This document shows, piece after piece, positions 12,101 to 22,432 of a stretch of DNA of 64,000 bases (its first letter is position 1; each line of letters opens with the position of its first letter). A model generated the notes under the pieces. It was not told the origin of the DNA and did no database searches. It saw only the letters and a list, made by a program, of their open reading frames with translations. Origin of the DNA: Marsupella aquatica (lineage: Eukaryota > Plantae > Marchantiophyta); the NCBI GenBank assembly GCA_973895155.1, contig OZ316894.1:2310457-2374456 (forward strand). Reading direction: 5' to 3'. A program made the position numbers and the translations under genes.

Positions 12101-15100
12101 TGCTTGCAACTCTGGTCTCTTCTCCAACACAAAGCTCTTCATGCAAACTGTGAGCAATTTTACCAAATGCTCCATGGTGAGAATCTGAGCGAGACTCCAG
12201 TTGCTCTTACTGGAATATTCAGCCAACAAACCCAACACACTCGCAAGCTCCTTTCTGCAAGAGTTCAATACACATTGCACAGAATCTCCCTCTGGCCATA
12301 ACACAAGGAAGTCAACAAGGGCCCTCAGCAAAAGTCCAATGTCGACCCATAAATTTAAAAGGTGCCCACTAGAGATAGCACGGTTCTTAAGCAGAGGATC
12401 ACGATCTTCCACAGCCCCCATTGTAGCACAAAGTTCCTTTTTGTTGCAATTTGCCTCCCTTAAATTTTGGGATGTAGCTAGCATGTTCCCAAGATAACAA
12501 AGTAAAGTTCTCAAACGTTCTGAAATTTGCAGCAGCAAACTGTCAGCTAATCTCTTGGAACCTGAGAAAGGAAGTCCCTGGCCAACTTTGCAAGCCAGCA
12601 CCAGGGCCCCATCCATTCTCCTCCCAAGTGAGCTAGAAGTCTTTTCCTTGCCGGCTGGTTTTTGGCCACTCTGTAGTAATGACATGACTTCCAATAACAT
12701 TTTTTTTGTTCTTCTACTTATGTTATCAGGTACAATTTTCAAAAAACTGCTCACAATGTCTGGCAGAAACTGAAGGGCCAGATAGTCTTCGTCCTCCTTT
12801 TGGAACTTTTGAAGTAACTTTCTTCTAGATAAACGAAGGGATTGGCTAGAATTTGAGAGCAAGCAAATCATTGTTTGGAGAAGCTCAACTTTCACATCAA
12901 AAACAGCATTGAGAATGTCAAACTTTGAAGTAGAAGGTCGAGTATCACTTGAAAGCTGGCACAAGCTAGGTTTTGCAGGAGCGTGCAATGCTCCAATGTC
13001 CTTGGACTCTACCTTCGATGGCCCGAATCTCGAGGTGGACCTTCTTAAACTACTCAATGGCAGTCGGGGGACAAAAGGCCTTGCTTGTTTTGGTTTATGG
13101 AAGGCTGCAGTACCTTCAGCCTGAGAGCCATCCTCGGTATCATGGTTCATAGGAACAGGAGAAGAGCATCCGTATTCTACAGTAGAGTCTATGTCGGATG
13201 AACTGAAGTACCCCTTACTAAGAGCAGAAGCACATGTAGTTGATTGATAAGACTTATAAGACTCGTCCTCTTTTGCAATCTCTGGCTTCAGATCAAAATC
13301 ATGGGTCCATCCTGATTTTCCCTCAAGAGAACTGCCATTAGTTGGCGTTTCATTAGCATTGCAATGATTGTGGATTGGAACATTCTTGAAGGGATATAAC
13401 AATTTCCAATCAGAAGTGGGGGGCCATGCAAAGTCCACCTTCTCTGTCTTTGGGGACATGCAGTGATCCATGAGGCATGCTTGTGCAAACCCGCTTATAC
13501 AGGCACGTGGAAGTATGCAAGGTAAGACCTTCAGAAGTGTGTTCTGGCTCTTGACAGCTTCCCCTGGAAGAACCTCTTCCAAACTCTTGCATATACCTGC
13601 AGGATTGGAGAGGACTCCAAACCTTAGATTTATTGGAAATCTCTTCACAAGACAGAAATACAAGTCCAAAATGAGATCGAGACCTCCTGATTCAGCAAAG
13701 GGACCACCGAAAAGGGGCGATTGGGATGCCAAAAGAGACAACAGCTTGCAGAACCTCAGCACTTTCTCCACCATATTCTGAAGACTTGGAATTTTATGCT
13801 TGGTATTTGAATGAATGCTCGGTCTACAATATACTGGTCTCCCCTCTGTTCTTCTCTCGCTCACGTTCAGTTTAAGGTTTAGATTCAGTTTCGTAAAATC
13901 TTCACAAGTCTCCTGCAATGATACAACCAGTAATTTTGCAAGCTGGGAACTGCCTTCTTTGGGCACCAGCTCCAATACTCTAAGACAGGCCTCCAAAGCC
14001 AGGTCACTATTCAAAACTTCACCGGTTTCCGTACCCTCAACTTTCCTGTCTCCACTCTTGAAAATTGCTCGATCCAGGAGGACTTGCAGGAAACCACAAT
14101 TCAACCAATCCATGATTTGGAAGGGCTCAACAACATGCCTAGTTTGAATGTCATTTTCCTGTAGCAAAGTGTCACTAATGCCTTCTTCCAGCAAACATGT
14201 ATCGAGCCCTGCCACTGCACCACAACAAATAGTATTGAGACCGGAATTGAACGATTTGTTTGACCCCAGCCCTAGAAGCATATTCAACAAGACATCAAGG
14301 CCTCTTCCCTTCAACTCTTCAGAGCTGCTTCTCAAATGAGAAAGTGCACACTGTTCCTTCAATGAGATGCCCTTGCTACTTCGTCCGGGAGCTAAGATAG
14401 TTTCAATATCCTTACTCGCTGGCGGTGAGTCATAGTCCAACTGTGCTGGAGAACTGAAAAGTGATTTAAGAGAGGTAGTCTCTGTAACTGGAAGGCTATC
14501 CTCACTTCCAAAAGCATCAAGGAGGAGCCGTATCAAAACCTTCCCATTCTCAACAGGTACTCTCGAGATCTTCCAATCCAAGTTATTGGCATTCTTCTCA
14601 AATTCTTTCTCTTGTGCTTTGTCCCCATACGAGACAATGTTTTGCCCCCACCAACTGATTCGAATACCAAACCCTTGGCTGCTGGTTCCTTTATTTCGAA
14701 ACACTAGCTCAAGGTCATCGAGATCTTCACCAGTAGTGGACTTCACAAGCCCCTCACCGAAATCGAACCTGAGAACAACCCATCGCAAACCAGAGAGCCC
14801 ATCTCCTCTTCTCACCACCAAAATATCACTTCCTTCCAGAAAAGCTGCAAATGGGTGCTGTTTCAACCACTTTTGAAGATCCAATAGCTGGAAGTCCAGG
14901 TCTAGAAAGTTGGAACTCACCACACACCTCCTCAAAAGTTCCTGATATTCCCGAATGATTCCACCTGTAGAAACCATTCGAACTAGCTGCCTGTAGGCCT
15001 TCTCTGGTACAACTAGGCCTACGGAGTTTTCGTTCTCTCCAAACCCTCCTCCTACACTTGTGGCTATGATGGGGCTCATCTCTCCAATTGAATTGGAACT

Positions 15101-15634
15101 AGCAGAAGATGAAGTCCGTATTTCAGGCTGCAGTGTTGAACTCGAGCATTTTGACCCCACCAAGCTCTTTTTCTTCACGGTGTGCGCCTTCCTCAACCTC
15201 CCTTCTCCGTCCCTATGTGATTCTCCTGTTGGGGGCGACATCTCCACCATAGTTCCATTTAAGACAGGCACAAAGTTGAAACTGTTCTCTGAATGAAGGC
15301 GGTAGATGAGTTTGAGCTGTCTTGACGGAACTTTCCCCCATGCATATTGTGAGAAATCCTCAGCCTCGGCCCACATGCAGGAGCTGCCTGGGCCAGACTC
15401 TCTCAACCACCGTTCGATATTCTCTCTCGAGCCAACCAGAATTCCCACAGCAGGAGAAAAGGAATTGGACGTGAAATGTCCGCTGATTGAGCTCTGGCTC
15501 CTACGCCGGAAGAAATGAGCCTCTTTCTGTTTCTTGGCCGTGATAAAACCCTTCGAAAGCTCACCATTGAGCAAGGCTCCACTTTCTTGAGAGAAAGCAA
15601 GACTGGGAACCGGAGGAGGGTATGGTTGTGACAT
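6115..15634 (-). CDS. Giant (~2,500 aa) Ser/Thr protein kinase with a very long N-terminal region and a C-terminal non-RD kinase domain; the true 3' end is uncertain
   Basis: Inferred exons (minus strand): 15634-10568, 10195-9237, 8948-8869, 8652-8489, 8169-7783, 7558-7379, 7140(or 7098)-6838, 6531-6115. Phases are consistent. Kinase motifs: ARGAASQ|VY (Gly loop), VVLK, SEVEIL, HYDLKCDN, DFG, RGTEYVKSPE, DVWSLG, DPLQRP. Confidence 0.85.
8653..8868 (-). other. Candidate U12-type (minor spliceosome) GT-AG intron, 216 nt
   Basis: The donor is GTATCCTAC. The branch-like TTTTCCTGAAC lies ~18 nt upstream of the CCAG acceptor and there is no polypyrimidine tract after it. Splicing restores the frame ...APFFLSY-H-LNHVAN... 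Confidence 0.7.
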
Positions 15635-15673
15635 CCTTTTTGATGAGCTGCTTGTAGGGTGGTTCTTCCTAGC

Positions 15674-15943
15674 TTACTCATGGCCCTTGGACATCCACTT
15701 GGGAAAAGGCCCTCCTCTTCTTCTTTTAACGCTCTGGACATTGTGAAGAAGAGAAGAACCACCCACAATCGAACCATTCGTGATTGCCCACCATAAATCC
15801 CCCAACCATTTCTTTGTTCCATGTCTCCCCTTTGTCACCCGGACATCGAGGGACAATTTTGTGGAATGCACTTCAATGCTACTGTTCGCTGACCAGTAAT
15901 TCAGTTGTGCTCCAGTCTTCTTGGCTGCATGAAAGAAATCCAT
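15674..15943 (-). other. 89-codon upstream ORF in the same frame as the kinase, separated from it by one TAA
   Basis: 15943-15634 = 309 nt, a multiple of 3. The frame reads ...MSKGHE*ARKNHPTSSSSKR-MSQPY... Confidence 0.5.
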
Positions 15944-16600
15944 AACTGACCGACGCTCCGCGTCCCTTCCAAGGTTGGGAGAGCACAGGTTAGGTCACAC
16001 TGCAGATCATATGATCAAAGTACGTTCCTCTCATAATTTGGGCATGCTCCGCATAATTTTGATTACTTTCATGAAAGCACTCTGAATGCAGAATTGAACA
16101 GTTCGGTGCCAACACCAAGTGCAATCAGTAGAGTTGTCCATAGTAGGACAGATGTCGGGTGACTAGTCTTCGGCGGAAACAGCAAAATGATCCCCCTGAG
16201 TTACCAGGACATTTTCATTCTGGCCGGGTGCGTCAAGCGAGAGCAAACAAGGCAAAACGGAGAGTGGGAGGCCAAGCCTGTGGCAGCGCTAGCAATCGAT
16301 ATTGAGCTTGTCACTGAAGCTCCAAATTGCGCACGAATCCCAGCCTGTGTCAGTAATTTTGTTAGTAGTCCGCCACCGGGTGAATATATAAACAGAATTC
16401 GTCCTTCGAGTGCTATATTGTAATCCATTCGTCCATTTGTTCTCTCGAGCGCTAGCTTGATCTCCGTGCTCTTTGAATGACTTTCGCATCCATTCTTGGC
16501 CTCTCCCTGCCGTAGCGGTCACCTATGGGCGAAATTATCGAAACTCAAGTAATCTCGTCAAAATTGGAGTTAAAGGTCAAAGAGAAGATTTCTAGGCTTC

Positions 16601-16682
16601 ACAATCGAAACCAGTCAAGATTTTCATAGAATTCACAATCGAAACAACCAGTCAAGAGTTTCCTGGATATACAATCGAATTC
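16601..16682. repeat. Short tandem repeat (~34-37 bp, about 2.5 copies)
   Basis: ACAATCGAAAC(AAC)CAGTCAAGA at 16601 and ~16635; partial ACAATCGAA at ~16670. Confidence 0.7.
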
Positions 16683-17099
16683 AGCTTCTCTAGTAGAACT
16701 CGGAGCGCAAGGGCCACTTGGTTGCAGACATATCGCATCGGCAGGAAAACATAACGAGGCCGAATTCATACTCACAAAATTTAGAGCTGCAATTAGCGGG
16801 CTGATGAAGTTTGCCAACAGTAATCCAGTCCTGTTCCACGAAATTTACAGGTGTAATTTCTGTTCGCTAGCTTTGCCTTTCATTGCTTTCAAAATGGCAG
16901 CAAGGGTGTTTGGCAGTGGAGCGATCGAGAAGCAAAGGAACACCCTCACAAGGGCTATGGAGCAAAGACGTCGGTGCTGCGCGCTGCAGGGCCAACCAGA
17001 GCACATCATGGTCGTGTCTCGACAGCTAACCAAAACACCTCCTGGCTAATTTACCAGATGCTTCCCAGGTTAAACACTACCAGGGGAGGTTTACGGTTA

Positions 17100-18430
17100 G
17101 AGGAACTGCATCCGGCATTTTAGGCAGAGTTTTGAACCTTCTAATAAGTGTGCGGACGATTACTGCCCCCACGCAGCACAAAGCGAAATTAACTCTCTGG
17201 AAGAACTGCTTTTGGCATTCTCCCCAGAATTCTCAAATGCAGGTGTGGACGGTTGTAAATCAACCTCACCGAGCCAGAGAGTGATTCCTGGAGAAACTGC
17301 ACCTAGCATTCTAGCCAAAATGCATCATGGCAAGCATGGCAAGTGTGAATGACTCCAATCCGAGTCAGGGCAAGGCAATTCAATGCCATCCCTTAAAAAA
17401 CCTGCATTTTGCCATTCTATTGGCCAGAGTTTTGCAATGCAGATGTGAAACGGTTTCAACCTAGACTGGAACACCTGGTCATCTATAGAATCGCGGGAGT
17501 TTCTGCATCTGCCATTCTATTTGTTGTCTTGAAAGGAAGTGTAGAAGATCACGAGAACTTCGCTCCGCAACCCAATAGGGACATACATGTAAGGCAATGA
17601 AATGACCCCACTCTAGCCAGAATTTTCAATGCCGGTGAGAACCATTACGGTCCAAGCTCACCTGACCCTTAATTCCTGCCACAACTTCGGAGCGCAGGCG
17701 TGAATGATTCGAGTCCAAGCTCACCTGGCGTGCAGTGATTCCTGCAGAAGATGCATCCGGTATTCTAGCTAGAATCTCATAATGCAGGAAAAAACTAACA
17801 GCCAAGATGCCATGCAGTGTTTTCTGGCGAATTTGAGTCCAAGCTCAGGTGGCCAAGCATTGAAGGCCAAGCATTGAATCCAAGTGGAGATGCATCTGGC
17901 ATTCGAGTTAGGATTTCAGAATGCACAATTCGAGTCCAAACTACGATGCCGTGATTTTCTGGGAGTGCATGAGGTGTTCTAGCTAGAAATTCAGCGTGCA
18001 GGAACGAACAATTCTGGTCCAAGGTGGCATGTAATGATTTCTGGAGAATTCGAGTCCGAGCTCATGGACTGATTCCTATAGAAAATGCATCTGGTACTCT
18101 AGCTAGAATTTCTGGATGCAGGACTGAACAATTCTGGATCAAGCTGCCGTGCAGAGATTTCTGGAGAATTCAAGTCCGAGCTCACCATGCAGTGATTCCG
18201 AGAGAAAATGCATCTGGTATGCTCTTCAGGCTAGAGCAGGCTACAATTTCAGAATGAAGGTATGAACAATTCTGGTCCAAGCTGCCACTGACAGTCGTTT
18301 CCAGAGAAATGGCTTCTGGCATTCTTACCAGAATTTGTAGATGGTGGTGCAAACGATTGCAGACCCCAACCTAGTTGAGCAGGCATTGATGACATCTTGA
18401 GAAAGATTTGGCATGCTGGCCAGAGTCAGG
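17100..18430. repeat. Degenerate tandem array of ~14 units of ~75-140 bp
   Basis: The core GAAAATGCATCTGGCATTCTAGCCAGAATTTCAGAATGCAGG...AATTCGAGTCCAAGCTC recurs at ~17103, 17203, 17293, 17398, 17500, 17600, 17680, 17747, 17887, 17962, 18081, 18204, 18306 and 18400. Confidence 0.75.
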
Positions 18431-18637
18431 AAAATCTACTCAGGAGACCATCTGGACATTCTCAAAGTTGGCTTATTTTGGCTGTCTTATTTGGTCTAGC
18501 AGAATTGCCAGTGATTTAGAGTAACACACATCCCAAAGTCCTTTGGCAGTTTGGGCCATATTCAAATCCTCAGTAGTTTCAATTGAGAGACAACACTCAA
18601 CTCACCTGTGCCTAAATAAAAGTAGACTCACCCTGAT

Positions 18638-18742
18638 TTGGTCACAGTACATGCAACTATTTTGGCCCATATTACGCTTTTGGTCACATTATATGCAACT
18701 ATTTTGGCCCATATTACGCTTTTGGTCACATTATATGCAACT
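18638..18742. repeat. 42-bp tandem repeat, about 2.5 copies
   Basis: TTTGGTCACATTATATGCAACTATTTTGGCCCATATTACGCT repeated. Confidence 0.9.
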
Positions 18743-18810
18743 CTTTAGGTTGCCACTAGCCATATAAAAAGGGGGAAGAGTCCTTTTGGCCATACTACGC
18801 TTTAAATCAG

Positions 18811-18960
18811 CACTAGCCATATAAAAGGGGCAAGTTTAGAGTCCAATACTTCTCCTTTCTACTCATTCCTCTACTCTACCCTCTATTTTACTCCATAATT
18901 TCAGGAAAGGAGTACTATTAATAGTGAACTTGGTGGATCCAAGGTTTGTCATGGCTAGTG
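18811..18960 (-). mobile_element. MITE (CACTAGCCAT family), full copy with perfect 10-bp TIRs
   Basis: CACTAGCCAT at 18811-18820 and ATGGCTAGTG at 18951-18960. The internal sequence is the reverse complement of the copy at 4021. Confidence 0.8.
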
Positions 18961-20681
18961 GTAGTCTAAGTTAAAAAAGAAATGCATATTTCCTGTAATA
19001 TAGGAGAAATTTTCAATTCTCTGAGCTAGTAAATAAGAGAAGTTGGGCTTCCTGCCTCCTCCTTTTCCAACAGCAGAAACTTAACAAGATAATAATAGTC
19101 CATGTGACTTTCATTTGTCATTTTGGATGACAGTTCAATTCCCATTGCATACGCATTTAGGCATTGGGTGGCCACTAATCTATCCTTCAAGTCAAAACAG
19201 AGTAGTTTTACAACTACTTGCAAGTGGGGCAAGCATTACATGTAGCAGATCACCATCGCCTTTAGGATTCATAAACATTGTATTCATGCACAGAGAAAGT
19301 TTTCAGAGAAAAAAAAGGAGAGGGAGAAAGCTGTCAGGCCACCCTGCACTCCACTCTCGTTTAAAGAACCTTAACTAAATAAAAAGTTCCACCAAAGTTT
19401 ATAAACCAGGAAAAAAACAAAGTACAATGAAAGGAAAGAAAAAGTGGTCCGAAGAAAAAGAGGTCCAATGAAGACAAACACCAAACAAGGAAAAAGAAAA
19501 GCAATTGCAAACCTAAAAACTGAAGAAAATAAAGGGAAGAGTGTCAAACACTGCATGAATGCAAACTCAAGGACTAGTGTCCACATTGGAAAATGTGACC
19601 AGAGCTAATAGACCACACTCAATGTCCTAATTAAATCAGCAAGTGGGACAAGAAAGTCCTTTAGGTAACTAGACCATACTTAACTTCTAGGAACCACAAC
19701 CCGCAAAACCTACTCCTTGGTAAATCTTCTTTTCTGAAGAAACAATATTTGCCAATCTCAGAAAAATGAGAGCAAAATTGTGAGCTTGTTGGATCTCCAG
19801 CCCTTTCTCTAAAAAACATTATGAGCTAACATTTGTACCACCTCCACGCTAGTTGGCAACCCACCCTCTAAACTATTTCATTGAATTTTTTCTTCCTATT
19901 TGCGTGAGATGTCGCAAGCCATAACCTGTTCATCTTACTAATTAGAGACTAAAGAAACTTTCTTTGTTCTTTCCTAAATAAATAGAAATTACTAAGAACA
20001 TAGCAAGCTTCTAATTATCTAATAAGTTACTAATTAGAGACTATAAAAACATAGCAAAAAGTGCATTATTTTGTCCTAGCTCCCACGGGTTCACGGATAG
20101 TGGTGGCTAACGCCATGTTTGGAATTTTCCTTATGGAGAGCAGAGTGTTCAAGGAAGAAGTATGAGCTAAAATGCTGTAACAGAATGCCCTCAACAGCAT
20201 GTAAAGTGTCCAATTCTAGCTAACTTTAGAATATTCCTGTTGACGGAAAGCACGGGAGAGCTCCCAGGCATTCATTTTGGAGAACAGGTTCCTGGCGTTT
20301 CTAGGTTTGTGATGTTTGCATAATTGGCCCTTTTTGAGTTTGGTGTTTGCCCTTTTCGGACCACTTTTCCTTTTCTTCGGTTGTACTTTGTGTTACCTTT
20401 TTACTACATTGGTCCTTTTCCCCTTAAGAAATGGCCAGGCAAAAATGGAAGAAAAAGTTGTTCTCTTGAATGGGGGGGGGGGGGGGTCTCCAAGCTTCAT
20501 AGTTGCAGGTAATGACTTTTGGCCATAATGTTTTCCACAGGGTTGGGTGACTGTTTTTCTTTCCCACTGGCCTCCATAGTGACTTATTGCCATGGTCTAT
20601 GATAATTCTTTACAGCAAATTAAAGGTTTTGAATAATGAAGTTGGCAGTCAATCATTTTCTCTCCCTGGAAACTTAACCTA

Positions 20682-21042
20682 CGGTCTTCCCCCCAACACA
20701 GCGTCCGGCTTGTTTTTGAAAATGGATTTTGTTAGATCTCTGTACAAAAAAGTATTTTTTCTTCAAACACAATGTCATGTTAACACAACGCCCGGGCATT
20801 GTGTTTGAATATTGGCGTTGTGTTTGAGATTTGACTCTAAACTGTTCTACATTGAGCACAAATAGTAAATATCAAGAATCACATGACAATGTCAATATTC
20901 AAACACAACGTCCTGCAAATACAAAAAATGAAAACACATAGTCAAAACACAAATACAATGCCCCGGTCGCACTATTCCAATAGAGTGCCTCATGGTCCAC
21001 TATTCAAATACTAGGCCATGGCGTTGTGTTTGGGGAAAACAG
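20682..21042. mobile_element. Tc1/mariner (pogo-like) MITE, ~361 bp, TA target duplication
   Basis: Left end TA|CGGTCTTCCCCCAACACAGCG; right end CGTTGTGTTTGGGGAAAACAG|TA. The internal motif AAACACAAYGYC is repeated in both orientations. Confidence 0.75.
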
Positions 21043-21051
21043 TAGTAGTTA

Positions 21052-21197
21052 AGGAGCCACTAGCCATGACAAAAACCATTTAAAGTATTTTTTCTTGAAA
21101 TTGTGGAGCAAAGTCTTGGTAGAGGAGAGTAAGAGTAATATGAAAAAGGGAGAAATCTTGTACACTTCTCTCTTGATATGGCCGTGGTGGTTTTAAG
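21052..21197 (+). mobile_element. MITE (CACTAGCCAT family), internally deleted copy
   Basis: CCACTAGCCATGACAAAA...TTGAAATTGTGGAGCAAAG...GAAAAAGGGAGAAATCTTG...ATATGGCCGTGGTGG. Confidence 0.7.
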
Positions 21198-21442
21198 ACC
21201 AGCTCCAAAGGTTAGTGGGTTTGGTTATTGTAACGAGTAACACCCAGATTGACAATCCCCATTTTTAGTTTATTTCTTGTAAGCATGACAGAGTAGCAGC
21301 AGCTCAGCTCAGCTCTATATAGTAGCTATTATAGTATGCTCATCCTGGAACTGTTTCATTTTTTTTGTTTTTTAGTGATATACAGGTGTTCTAATTAAAA
21401 CATAAACAGGACATTGAAGGACATTGACTAGGAAGATGTACA

Positions 21443-21553
21443 GTCTATGATATTGAAATTTGTGCTTGTGCACATAAGGTACAAAAATAAAAGTACACTC
21501 TATGATATTGAAACTTGTGCTTGTGCACATAAGGCACAAAAATAAAAGTACAC
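21443..21553. repeat. ~55-bp tandem duplication
   Basis: TCTATGATATTGAAAYTTGTGCTTGTGCACATAAGGYACAAAAATAAAAGTACAC occurs twice. Confidence 0.9.
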
Positions 21554-22432
21554 ATGTAAAGAAAAATAATAATGAACAGGAAAGTTTAAGTTTATGGTAT
21601 TGGGATAATGTACATAAGTAGAGATACTTATATACTTACTTTAGATAATGACAATCAAAATAATTAAAAACATAAATTTAGGACACAAAACCGTGAGTAG
21701 TATTTAAAGACATAAGGTGTGCACGTTATTTAGATCATTTCTTCTGTATTCATGAGAATAAGGGCTAGAAATTCAATGAGCTTTGTTACAGGGTGGATGA
21801 TCTTAAAATATAGCAAAGATTTTTTAAAAAATTAAAGGGGTGCCAGAATAAATTGGAAATAAAAAGTATGCACCTTGGTAAGACACATTTAAATAAAAAT
21901 ACATAACAAAAGAAGTTTGAATAAGACAACATACTGAAAACCATATTAGCAGCTTCAAAACAATCAGCTCGGCTCAGCTCTGCAATCATCACTCGATCAA
22001 TCAGAACATCAGACGTGCCCGACTGACCCACGACGCAAAATTCCCAACTCACAGAACGAAGAACCGATCGAGAAGAAGGAAGGAAGCGCAATGATCGGTG
22101 GGACACCTTATCTTCATGCTCACCCGCCTTCCAGCTCCATTCCATTCCATTCCCATTACTGTAGGCTGCACAGCTTTCTTGCTCAATCGGTCCCCCCTCC
22201 TGTCCTCTTCTGGACCAGGTCTCATCCAGCCCACCTCCAACCCACAAAATTCTGCTGCTAAAAGCTCTCGAGTCCCGACATTGGTGTGAGATCCCGAGAT
22301 CGCGAGCTCATCCACATTCCAGAGAGTTTTTCGGAGTCCTTGTCAATCCTTGCGTCACTTCCAATCTACCACTGCATTTGCTCCGTTTCTGAGTTGAGGT
22401 TGCTCTGTTTCTGAAAGGAGAGAGGAGAAACG

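Noticed and set aside
17100-18430. CRISPR-like repeat-spacer array
   Set aside because: The context is eukaryotic and there are no cas genes. The repeats are highly degenerate and the linkers are homologous to each other rather than unique spacers.
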